A stretch of 64,000 nt of DNA from an uncultured Planctomycetaceae bacterium (lineage in GTDB: Bacteria; Planctomycetota; Planctomycetia; Planctomycetales; Planctomycetaceae). Of the stretch, positions 9,730 to 18,504 are shown in pieces (positions within the stretch are counted from its first letter, which is position 1; every line of letters starts with the position of its first letter). The notes under the pieces are model-generated. The model ran no database searches, was not told the DNA's origin, and was given only the letters and a program-made list of their open reading frames with translations. The position numbers and the translations under genes are program-made. Location of the stretch: assembly GCA_963976765.1 (NCBI GenBank), contig CAXBME010000031.1:1-64000 (forward strand), written 5' to 3'.

Positions 9730-10215
9730 TTATGGACTTGGCACAATTTGAACAACGGTCCCGTTCACGATAAGGCCGATCCGATTTCCTGAGAACTCAG
9801 TGTAGTCAATGTCGACCCCGACGATGGCATTGCCCCCCTTCTGGGCCGCAAGCAATTTGATTGCGTCAAACGCTCCCTTCTTTGCCGTTTGCAGCTTCTT
9901 CTCAAAGCCGGAGGACCTCCTCCCCAAGAAGTCACTCACACCGCTGCTGAATTCCGAAAACAATCCCGTGCCGATGACGCATTCCACACTCTCGATTCCG
10001 AGGTACTTCTGCACCTTCCAACCATCGATATTGTGAGTGGTCGTGACAACTATTGACTCTGCCCTTTTTCGAAGTTTTTCTTCGCGTGCCTGTTGCTCTC
10101 TTGACCTCAGTAGCTGGCAGTCATCGCAATAGTAATTGGTCCTGTCGAGAAGAAGGCCTTCTCCTAATACTTCTAGAAAACCTTGGCTCTTTCCGCACCC
10201 CTGACAATCCATCAC
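9730..10215 (-). CDS. YbjQ/UPF0145 family protein with N-terminal CxxC..CxxC zinc ribbon
   Basis: IVVTTTHNIDG..YLG..GGNAIVGVDIDY..NGTVV. Confidence 0.85.
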   Translation of the reverse strand: MMDCQGCGKSQGFLEVLGEGLLLDRTNYYCDDCQLLRSREQQAREEKLRKRAESIVVTTTHNIDGWKVQKYLGIESVECVIGTGLFSEFSSGVSDFLGRRSSGFEKKLQTAKKGAFDAIKLLAAQKGGNAIVGVDIDYTEFSGNRIGLIVNGTVVQIVPSP

Positions 10216-10780
10216 CTGCTCCCGCTGACCTGTGTTTCGTAAGATTGTTTTGATTTAGTATCGACAGCGATGATTCTTGCCATCTTGTCTCGCTAATATC
10301 AAATGGAATGCGTTAACGCGTTTGGAGTTGAGGAAGAGCAGCCGAATCATTCTGCGCCGCGCGCGTCACGCGTCTTCGATTTAAGAGCCTCGGGGCTGTC
10401 GATGGAATCTGTTTCGCGAAACTTGTCAAGACGCTGCTACGGCGACGACAGAGCTTCTCAGCGTGCCTTTCGGCAGGAACCGCCACTGTCAGCGATCACC
10501 AGCAAATGCCTTGGCCCCAATTAAACCTCCAAAGGTTGACGTGTTGTCGCGGAAACGCTGGGCGACATACGAACATTCCGCAGGTTAAATCGGGATACCT
10601 GCTCGTTCGCAGTCCGTTCGTGATCCGTGCATTTCCTGACACTGAAGACGTCGATGATCGACCATTTTTCTCAAATCGACCTGCATGCGCATTTGTTCGC
10701 AAACATCAGGTTGAGTACCGTACATGTGATATCCAAACTGTTTGCGGCTCTTTATCCCAGCTTAAACCCGGAGTTCGACT

Positions 10781-12097
10781 ATGACTGCTGGTGGATACTT
10801 TCGCGAAGGGGACGAGACGCACGGTCCATTCGAGCCGCAACAGCTGCGGCAGCTTGTTCAAACTGGACGCATCAAGCGAAGCACCTTAGTTCGACGCGGC
10901 GACGAGGGGCCGTGGTACGAAGCGGAGCGTATTAAGGGCCTCTTTGCCGACCCACACTCTACTTTACCTGAAGCTGCGTCCGATGGCGTCAAGAATCCCG
11001 AGAGCAGCTCAAACTTTGAAGTTTCAAATTCATCCGTCATTGCGAATTCAAGAAGTACACATCGGGCGGCTCGGTGTCCAGATTGCGGAGCATCGCTGAC
11101 AACATCGCAGGTTCAGAACGACCATGCTAAATGTACTTTCTGTGGAGCAACCTTGATCCGGGACGCTCCGAAGTCGCTGCTAACGCCGGTTCAGGATCAA
11201 CAACCAGAAGTTTCCACGTGGCTGAGACTCGCATCGGCTGCTGAGAGAGCTGGGAATTACCAGGAAGCGTATGGTTACTACACGTCGATTCTGGAACGTG
11301 ATCCTTCCAATGTTGCAGCTTGGTACGGAAAAACGATGATGGCTGGATGGCAGAGCACTTTGCAGAATTCGCGATTTATGGAGATGACGTCGGGGCTCAC
11401 TGAGACGAATAGTCTAATCAGCGAGCATGGATATGCTGGCCTAGGCGTCGAAAGTTTAGACGAATTTCGGCAACGCGTGGCGGACGATCTTCAGGATCTT
11501 GCGAACGCATATTTTTCAACGGCATATCAGCACTTTAGGGAATACATCTCGCTCGATTCGGCTTGGATCGACTACGTGAATCACTGTCAGCAGACTCAGC
11601 AGGTGCTGGAATTGGCTACGAAGTATTCCCCGAACGATATTCGCCCGTTGCTTCGTTTAGTCGACATTGTGACCGGATTGATTGAGGGCTACCAATACAA
11701 CGATGAATACAACAACTTTGTAGGCACTGCCCGCCGACTTCCGCGTGAAATGGACGCAGAATTCTCTGCCAAGAGAGACGATTATGTTGCAGCGATCAAG
11801 CAACTGTCTCCGTCCTACAATCCAGCGCCGATCCAGAAAGTGGGCTGCTTTATTGCGACCGCTGTAACGGGGGCATCCGATTCAAAACCTGTCGAAACGC
11901 TTCGACGATTCCGTGATGTGGTGCTCATGGCGAATCCATCCGGACAACGAATCGCTGCGTTTTATTATCGTCATAGTCCACCGTTGGCCGATGTGATCGC
12001 TCGGTCAGCAATACTGAGGTTACTCGCCGCCATTACTCTCGTCTTTCCTGCCTATTGGGTTGCCCGGTTTTCGCTCCGCGATAAGAGGAGTGATTGA
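10781..12097 (+). CDS. GYF_2(DUF4339)-Zn ribbon-TPR protein with C-terminal CFI-box-CTERM domain
   Basis: GPFEPQQLRQLVQTGRI..W, CPDCGA..CTFCG, TPR-like helices, GCFIATAV..LRRFRD..FYYRHSPPLA plus TM. Confidence 0.8.
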   Translation: MTAGGYFREGDETHGPFEPQQLRQLVQTGRIKRSTLVRRGDEGPWYEAERIKGLFADPHSTLPEAASDGVKNPESSSNFEVSNSSVIANSRSTHRAARCPDCGASLTTSQVQNDHAKCTFCGATLIRDAPKSLLTPVQDQQPEVSTWLRLASAAERAGNYQEAYGYYTSILERDPSNVAAWYGKTMMAGWQSTLQNSRFMEMTSGLTETNSLISEHGYAGLGVESLDEFRQRVADDLQDLANAYFSTAYQHFREYISLDSAWIDYVNHCQQTQQVLELATKYSPNDIRPLLRLVDIVTGLIEGYQYNDEYNNFVGTARRLPREMDAEFSAKRDDYVAAIKQLSPSYNPAPIQKVGCFIATAVTGASDSKPVETLRRFRDVVLMANPSGQRIAAFYYRHSPPLADVIARSAILRLLAAITLVFPAYWVARFSLRDKRSD

Positions 12098-12129
12098 TTT
12101 CGGCGTATAGATTGTTTCAGGTATGCACA

Positions 12130-13683
12130 ATGCAAAGAAATTGCGGGGCGGACCAAATGACATCAGCGGCAACGTGTGTATGTGGCGTTCAGTACAATAA
12201 TCGTTCGGCACCACTAGGAACGATCTTGCAATGTCAGCAATGCTCTCGCCTTCTGGTCGTCTGTCCAGAAACCGGAAATGTACCATCCACAGACGACGAT
12301 TGGGATACATTCTGGTCCGTGCGTGTTGCCGATACATCGCAGGCAAGAAACGGCGACGACGCTTATTTGTTGGACGATTTCGGTTTTACTCCGTCAACTG
12401 ATATTTCCGGAGCCGACGCCAAGTTTTGGTCATTAGCGGACGATACCTCCGAGTCTCTGACCGCTCTCTCCAGTGACGAAGCCGAATTGCGGTCCGGAGT
12501 GGACGACACAGGTGATTCAGAAGGGAATTCGACTCAATCTGCTTCGCCACGGATCGATGCTGAAATTGCAGTACAGCCTCTCCTCGTATATGAGCAGAAA
12601 GCCACTGTTGAGTTTCATCTCAGCAAGGAATGCAGTGGCTCGCCTGATGAACTCGCATTACGGCAACGCCAAAGCAGCCGTTCAAAGAATTCGATCTATC
12701 TGTTGGCATTGGTCGCGTGTTCCGTTTGTGCGTGTGTCCTGTTTCTGCTGATGTCGAAACAGTCGGATGAATTTCAGGTACGTCCAAACGGTAATCCCCA
12801 ATCCTTGACCGCAAATGATGATGCGATTCTTAATGAATCGCTTGTCAGCGACAGTCCCACGTCGAAGCGAGATATCAAGATTGCGAGTTTGCCAGAGCTT
12901 CCATCAGGACTAGATGAGGGAACGCTGCAACAGCCGGCGTTGCGGTCGCCGGATAATGCTGCAACGCGGACAACCTTACAGCAACGAATTAAACTTAGTG
13001 AAGTTCCTGAAACTGTTTTAATGAAGGTTGAACATGCGGCAGCTCAAAGCAGTGTGACGAACCAGCGTGCTCCGGAATTGGCTCAGGACTGGAAATCTGA
13101 CAAAGCAAAGCTGCTTGCAGTGGCGTCAGTGAAATCGTTTGCCAAACGCCACTTGGCTACACATCCCGATGCAGTATGGATCGATCTGCGGGCATCAACG
13201 ACCAAGATAAAGGGTGTTTGGCGAGTCATAGGGCTCGTGCATTCTGAGTCGCAACGGCGAACGTGTCTCTTTGACGTCCTGACAGTCTACGAGTCGCAGA
13301 GGAGCAGAGTATATTCGGCGAAAGAGTTTGAGACACAGACGGGACGAGATGGAACCAAGTCAATTATAGTCGCGACGCCAACTACGCCCCGAGAGGCACT
13401 TAAGAGTGTCGACTCTATTCTTAAGCTACGGTCTTCAATCGATTCAGAAACGTCCCGTGATGAATTGAGAGTTTCATTAGGCTATGCGTACGTGCGATTG
13501 TCTGATCAATTGTTGGGAGAAATAGCGGCGAAAGAGAAGCTGACCATGTGGCTGTTGGAAGTAATCGAAGACTTCCCCAATTCGCCTGTCGAGAACAGCG
13601 CCTTGGGTGTGCTCCTGAAGTTACGGCCTGTTCGTTCACTTCGAAGCAGACTAAACGAGAACACTCAAGGCGATGACATCTGA
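12130..13683 (+). CDS. Hypothetical single-pass membrane protein with N-terminal Cys-rich zinc ribbon
   Basis: Long ORF; CVCG..CQQC; hydrophobic IYLLALVACSVCACVLFLLM; start uncertain. Confidence 0.6.
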   Translation: MQRNCGADQMTSAATCVCGVQYNNRSAPLGTILQCQQCSRLLVVCPETGNVPSTDDDWDTFWSVRVADTSQARNGDDAYLLDDFGFTPSTDISGADAKFWSLADDTSESLTALSSDEAELRSGVDDTGDSEGNSTQSASPRIDAEIAVQPLLVYEQKATVEFHLSKECSGSPDELALRQRQSSRSKNSIYLLALVACSVCACVLFLLMSKQSDEFQVRPNGNPQSLTANDDAILNESLVSDSPTSKRDIKIASLPELPSGLDEGTLQQPALRSPDNAATRTTLQQRIKLSEVPETVLMKVEHAAAQSSVTNQRAPELAQDWKSDKAKLLAVASVKSFAKRHLATHPDAVWIDLRASTTKIKGVWRVIGLVHSESQRRTCLFDVLTVYESQRSRVYSAKEFETQTGRDGTKSIIVATPTTPREALKSVDSILKLRSSIDSETSRDELRVSLGYAYVRLSDQLLGEIAAKEKLTMWLLEVIEDFPNSPVENSALGVLLKLRPVRSLRSRLNENTQGDDI

Positions 13684-13824
13684 AGAGTGCGGCTGCCCCA
13701 GCGTCGTGGTAACTCGTGAATCACCTTCGATTCAGATGCACGTTTGTCTGAAATTGCTTGCAGATTTACAGTCGCGATGCCAAATCGGCTGCTTTTGATT
13801 GTGCCGGAAGGTTGGAATTGCTTC

Positions 13825-14820
13825 ATGACGCTAAGTGAACGATGGAGAAAACAACGACCGAGAGGCCAATTTCCCCTTGAAAAAGAGGTTTGCTCAGATC
13901 CAATTCAATTGCTGTCGGTGTTTGGGCCAGCAAGTTGCGATGCCGAAGGGATTGCTTGCCGGTTGAGACTACTGCCGCACGGGAATTTGCATGTGGCTAA
14001 TGCGTTAGTCAACAAGTTTCAGTCGCCTTCAACAGTTGATTGGCTCTCTTACTTGCTTGCTGTTTGTAAACATGCGGAATTCGTCATTTCAAGCATCCAA
14101 AATTCTCGGGAGTTTGAGCGGGAGTTCGGCAGTCGCCTGTGTAAGTTAACGCGGGATGAAGAGCGAACGTGGACTAACAGCGGTCACGTACTTGGACTCG
14201 TATTCAACGTTCGGGAACGTGCTGTGTGGTCGGATCACACATTCCATGAGTCTCCATTCCCGGACGAAACGAAGGGCCTGTCGGAGGTACATACCCGAAG
14301 AGCCCTTTCTCGAATCGCACAGTGGGCGAAAGAGAGGTTGGAGCAACTCACAGCACCACGCGACACTACAGAACAGGTGGAGGGGGGAAGAAATCAGGCG
14401 AGTAGCGAAGTTGGCGAATCGGCACGGCTTGCTGATTCATTGGACGGCGTTGCAGAAAAAGTCGTCGCTCGCTCGGCGAACACGCTGCAAGTAACTGGCG
14501 ACGATCCCGTTCCGACCAATTCCATACCGAGCGACCTTTTCATGCGGCGAGCACGTCCCCGCTCACGTGATTTATTTTCTTACCTGAAAACTCAGCCGGA
14601 CATGAGAGCAAACGTTGAAAAAGTGGATAGTGAATTCTCTGGATCAGAAGGCCGAACACCCGACGCGGTGCGTGCTGATATTCGTCGGCTAATGAATGAT
14701 CTATCGAGGTTCGCCAATGGCAGTGGATGGAAAGTAGAAAAGAGTAAAAAGTCGAAGCTACACAAAGCTGAGGTTTGGTTGGTCCACGAACCGACCAAAA
14801 AAGGACCAGAAACGGACTAG
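13825..14820 (+). CDS. Hypothetical regulator with C-terminal winged-helix-like domain
   Basis: DAVRADIRRLMNDL resembles an OmpR-type recognition helix; lies before the xis-pri operon; start uncertain. Confidence 0.55.
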   Translation: MTLSERWRKQRPRGQFPLEKEVCSDPIQLLSVFGPASCDAEGIACRLRLLPHGNLHVANALVNKFQSPSTVDWLSYLLAVCKHAEFVISSIQNSREFEREFGSRLCKLTRDEERTWTNSGHVLGLVFNVRERAVWSDHTFHESPFPDETKGLSEVHTRRALSRIAQWAKERLEQLTAPRDTTEQVEGGRNQASSEVGESARLADSLDGVAEKVVARSANTLQVTGDDPVPTNSIPSDLFMRRARPRSRDLFSYLKTQPDMRANVEKVDSEFSGSEGRTPDAVRADIRRLMNDLSRFANGSGWKVEKSKKSKLHKAEVWLVHEPTKKGPETD

Positions 14821-14860
14821 ATTTAAACGATTTTTGAACGACTTAGTCCGTACTTGGTCC
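14803..14860. promoter_or_regulatory. Imperfect inverted repeat, putative operator upstream of the xis/replication operon
   Basis: GGACCA-nnn-ACGGACTA (24 nt) TAGTCCGT-nnn-TGGTCC. Confidence 0.5.
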
Positions 14861-14922
14861 GGCTTCTCGCCATACCGTGACGCCATTGGCAATCACGAGT
14901 TTTATGGCACAAAGGAGAAGCC

Positions 14923-15093
14923 ATGCGGCATTCGGAAGAGATGATTGAACGGCTGCCTGACGTCGGCTGCGTCAGGCGAGAACTCGCCCGAAATCTGTGT
15001 GAGAGAGACTTGCTGCTCAAGATCGCTGAAGAGCGTGCGGAAGTTCGCAAGCTAACCAAGCCGGTCGGAAGCGAGGTGCCGCATGATGCGTGA
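14923..15093 (+). CDS. Small helical protein (56 aa), not in the ORF track
   Basis: AAAGGAG RBS; MRHSEEMIERLPDVGCVRRELARNL...; stop overlaps the next start. Confidence 0.65.
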   Translation: MRHSEEMIERLPDVGCVRRELARNLCERDLLLKIAEERAEVRKLTKPVGSEVPHDA

Positions 15094-15379
15094 CACCACT
15101 CCCGACATCGGTCCACTGCTCAAGAGCCTTGTCGACCAACTTGCCGACGCTGTGGCCTCACGGTTGGCTGACAAGATGTCGAAGGCCGCTTCCACTGACG
15201 ATCTCGTGGACGAGCCGACGATGGCAAAGCAGCTCAATGTCTCCCAGCCGACGCTCCAGCGCATGCGGGCGGCTGGTGAAGTTCCCTTCGTGCGGATGGG
15301 CCGAAGGATCGCATATCGCCCCGAGCAAGTGCTCGTGGCTTTAACTCAATATCAGACACAAGGAAGTAATGATGTCTAA
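15083..15379 (+). CDS. HTH_17/AlpA-like excisionase (recombination directionality factor)
   Basis: MAKQLNVSQPTLQRMRAAGEVPFVRMGRRIAY. Confidence 0.85.
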   Translation: MMRDTTPDIGPLLKSLVDQLADAVASRLADKMSKAASTDDLVDEPTMAKQLNVSQPTLQRMRAAGEVPFVRMGRRIAYRPEQVLVALTQYQTQGSNDV

Positions 15380-17996
15380 TTTGTTCGACGTTGACGATGT
15401 GAAGCGTACAGCCGCTGGGCAATGGGTGAGCATTCTGGCGGCGGCAGGAATGCCAACTGACTTGCTCGATGGCCGCGGACATCCCTGTCCGAAGTGTGGT
15501 GGAACCGATCGGTTCTCGGTCTTCAAGGACACTGAGGAAACTGGCGGCGTGATGTGTCGGCAGTGTTTCTCCGAGGGGAATGGCGATGGATTCGCGACGA
15601 TCCAATGGTTTACCGATTGTCCGTTTCCTGAGTCGCTTCGGTTTGTGGCTGAGCAGGTCGGCATCCAGCCAGCTTCCGGAGCAGCCACACGACCGGAAGT
15701 CGACATCGTCGCTGCTGTCGCAAGGGCCAAACGGATGCCGCTGGATGCGTTCCGACAATTTGGAGCCGAGGCCGCCAAACGTGGCAAGAAGCCGGTAGCT
15801 CGCGTGCCGGTCTATAACGAACGTGGCGAACAGCATTCGCATTTCGATCTGACGACTGATGGAAAAGGCTTATCTAAAACCGGCAAGGGGAACACCGGGA
15901 TGTTCTTTCCTGGAAAGCTTCCTCAACCTGGTGAAACCTGGCTGATAGTCGAAGGCTGCAAGGATGGTGCGGCATTAGTCGGCCAGGGATTCAACGCTGC
16001 CGGGCTGCCTCGGAATGAGATGGACGCGAAGTATGCTCGGCTATTCAGTGGATGTGATGTGATCATGGTTCCTGATCTGGATTCCGCAGGAATAAGCGGA
16101 GCACAGAGAACCGGTGGACGGCTTGCAGGGATCGCAGCGTCAGTCCGAATCGCTCGACTGCCAGGCGAGGTTGTGAAGAGCGGTGGCCTGGACGTTCGCG
16201 ATGTGCTGGCCAAAGATGGTGAGCAAGCCATCCGCTCTGCGATTAAGGCGGCGAAGCCCTGGGAACCATCCGAAACAGACTGCGACGACCGTCCGGAAGT
16301 GCTGATTACGTTTGACGAAGCGGCGGTCACTTCCGAAGTGCTAAAGTTTCTTGGAAAACTCGACAGCGAAACGCCGTGGCTGAATCCTGACGAAGCGGAA
16401 CGGGCGACGATTTATCAACGTGGCGGTGTTCTCGTACAGATCGTTAACGACTCTCGTTCAGGAGCAACGGGACTCTCTCTGTCTGAAGCCGTTCCTCAAA
16501 TTCGACCGTTACCGAAATCGCTTATCCGAGAACGGATTACGCAGGCCGTTCAGCTGGTCGAAGAGGTTAACACGGAGGATGGCCCAGTGCCTGTCCAGAA
16601 GCGTCCGTGTGAATGGCTGGTCCAGGCGATTCATAATCGCGGCGATTACAATGGGTGCGTCCGACCTCTGACTGGGATCACTCAAACGCCCACGCTACGG
16701 CCCGACGGCAGTGTGATCCAAACACCTGGATACGACGAACTAACGGGATTTCTATACAAACCGACCTGTGAGTTCCCGGAAGTGCCGGAACATCCGACAA
16801 AAGCTGAAACAGCGGCGGCTGTGGCTGAGTTGATGGAAGTGATCGTGGATTTTCCATTCGAGACTGACGCTCACCGTTCGGTCTGGGTGGCGTTGGTGCT
16901 GACTCTTCTAGTTCGGCCAGCGATTGATGGTCCTTGTCCACTGTTCGTTTTCGACGCCAATACTCCTGGAGCTGGAAAGACGTTGCTGGCGGACGTGGCC
17001 GAAATCATCGCTCAGGGCAGCCCGATGGCTCGTAAGACTTGGCCCGGTAGTGAAGAGGAAGTTCGCAAGTTCATCACAGCCATCGCAATCGAAGGAGTGC
17101 CGTCAATTCTGATTGACAACGCCGTTTCGTCTCTGGGTGGACCGTCACTCGATGCGGTGTTAACAGGAACGACCTGGAACGATCGCATTCTTGGAAAATC
17201 TCAAACAACGGGACCGTTGCCACTGAACACAACCTGGACCGCAACGGGCAACAATCTGGAACTGTCAGCAGACACTGCGAGACGGACGCTTGCTGCAAGG
17301 CTTAACTCACCAGAAGAACACCCCGAGGACAGAACTGGGTTCAGCCGGCCTGACCTGAAGAAATCGGTTCGTGAAAATCGGCCACGACTGGCCGTTGCCG
17401 GACTCACGATAGTGCGAGCTTACTACGAAGCCGGATGTCCGAACAGCGGCTTAACTCCGTGGGGATCGTTCGAATCGTGGTCGGGAGTAGTCCGAGACGC
17501 GATGGTTTTTGCCGGTCTAGCTGATCCCTGTGCGGCACGAGATGCGGTTCGGAATGCTGATCAATCTTCGGAGCGCGTTCGGTTAATCCATGCGGGCCTG
17601 GAAGAAGTCGATGTCGGTGACGATGGTCTGACAACGGCAGACATGGTGCGGCTGCTGTCACGTTCAGTCGGGCAGGATGATGCCGATCCGTGGCCGTGCT
17701 TACGTGCAGCAATCACTGAGGTGTGCGGTTCGAAGATCGACGCTTCAAGAATTGGGTATCAGCTGCGGAAGTATCTCGGTCGCGTCTGTGGAGGAAAGCG
17801 ACTGGCAAACAGAAAAGGGCATGGCGGCGTCAAACGATGGTTCGTTGAACCGCTCGTGCCAGCCGTCATTTCTGACAGTGGTGGTTGCAACAGCGACGAA
17901 GGACGCGTCAAACACGAGCTTGAAGCTGTCGAAGAACCAATTGCCCCAACACTGGCTGCTTCCATTGAGTCTGATGATGACGTGGAGGTTTTCTAA
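15369..17996 (+). CDS. P4-like primase-helicase (Zn ribbon + TOPRIM + P-loop ATPase)
   Basis: HPCPKCGGTDRF..CRQC, IVEGCKD..PDLDSAG, GAGKT. Confidence 0.88.
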   Translation: MMSNLFDVDDVKRTAAGQWVSILAAAGMPTDLLDGRGHPCPKCGGTDRFSVFKDTEETGGVMCRQCFSEGNGDGFATIQWFTDCPFPESLRFVAEQVGIQPASGAATRPEVDIVAAVARAKRMPLDAFRQFGAEAAKRGKKPVARVPVYNERGEQHSHFDLTTDGKGLSKTGKGNTGMFFPGKLPQPGETWLIVEGCKDGAALVGQGFNAAGLPRNEMDAKYARLFSGCDVIMVPDLDSAGISGAQRTGGRLAGIAASVRIARLPGEVVKSGGLDVRDVLAKDGEQAIRSAIKAAKPWEPSETDCDDRPEVLITFDEAAVTSEVLKFLGKLDSETPWLNPDEAERATIYQRGGVLVQIVNDSRSGATGLSLSEAVPQIRPLPKSLIRERITQAVQLVEEVNTEDGPVPVQKRPCEWLVQAIHNRGDYNGCVRPLTGITQTPTLRPDGSVIQTPGYDELTGFLYKPTCEFPEVPEHPTKAETAAAVAELMEVIVDFPFETDAHRSVWVALVLTLLVRPAIDGPCPLFVFDANTPGAGKTLLADVAEIIAQGSPMARKTWPGSEEEVRKFITAIAIEGVPSILIDNAVSSLGGPSLDAVLTGTTWNDRILGKSQTTGPLPLNTTWTATGNNLELSADTARRTLAARLNSPEEHPEDRTGFSRPDLKKSVRENRPRLAVAGLTIVRAYYEAGCPNSGLTPWGSFESWSGVVRDAMVFAGLADPCAARDAVRNADQSSERVRLIHAGLEEVDVGDDGLTTADMVRLLSRSVGQDDADPWPCLRAAITEVCGSKIDASRIGYQLRKYLGRVCGGKRLANRKGHGGVKRWFVEPLVPAVISDSGGCNSDEGRVKHELEAVEEPIAPTLAASIESDDDVEVF

Positions 17997-18349
17997 TGCT
18001 GGGGCCAATCGGTACTGCCGCTAAAGAGCTTCTCGACGAGCTGACCTCACGTGGGATCACTGTTCAGGTCAAAGAAGACAGCCTTGGTGTGTCACCACGT
18101 ATTTGCTTGACCGATTCTGACCGTGTCATGATCCAGAAGCTGAAAAAGCCGATTATATCGTATCTCTCGCCATGCGAACCGCATATCAATTCATCAGCCT
18201 GGGACAGGGAACCGCTCGATGATCGACCGGGATGGGAAAAGGCGACCTGTCGTCGTTGTGGACGATTCATCGGAAGCAATCCAATCCGACGGACGTCGAT
18301 ACACGGGCAAGCCCTGGACATTGCGGAAATAGGTCGAGCACCGCCGTAA
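17996..18349 (+). CDS. Small hypothetical protein (TubC-N-like start, CRRC motif)
   Basis: TAATG coupling to the primase; LLDELTSRGITV..L..KKPIISYL. Confidence 0.65.
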   Translation: MLGPIGTAAKELLDELTSRGITVQVKEDSLGVSPRICLTDSDRVMIQKLKKPIISYLSPCEPHINSSAWDREPLDDRPGWEKATCRRCGRFIGSNPIRRTSIHGQALDIAEIGRAPP

Positions 18350-18358
18350 GAGATCAGC

Positions 18359-18385
18359 GGTGGTGATGGTGGCGATGGTGGTGAT
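18359..18385. repeat. 3 x 9-mer array GGTGGYGAT, putative iterons
   Basis: GGTGGTGAT GGTGGCGAT GGTGGTGAT between the rep operon and int. Confidence 0.85.
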
Positions 18386-18504
18386 GATCTCCGCCATCGC
18401 CAGCTGGCGACAGATTACGTCTTTCAAATCTCAACTACAGTGTAAACTGCGACCGATGATTCGCAGAAACGACGCAAACCGATGATTCAAAAGGACCATT
18501 GAAA

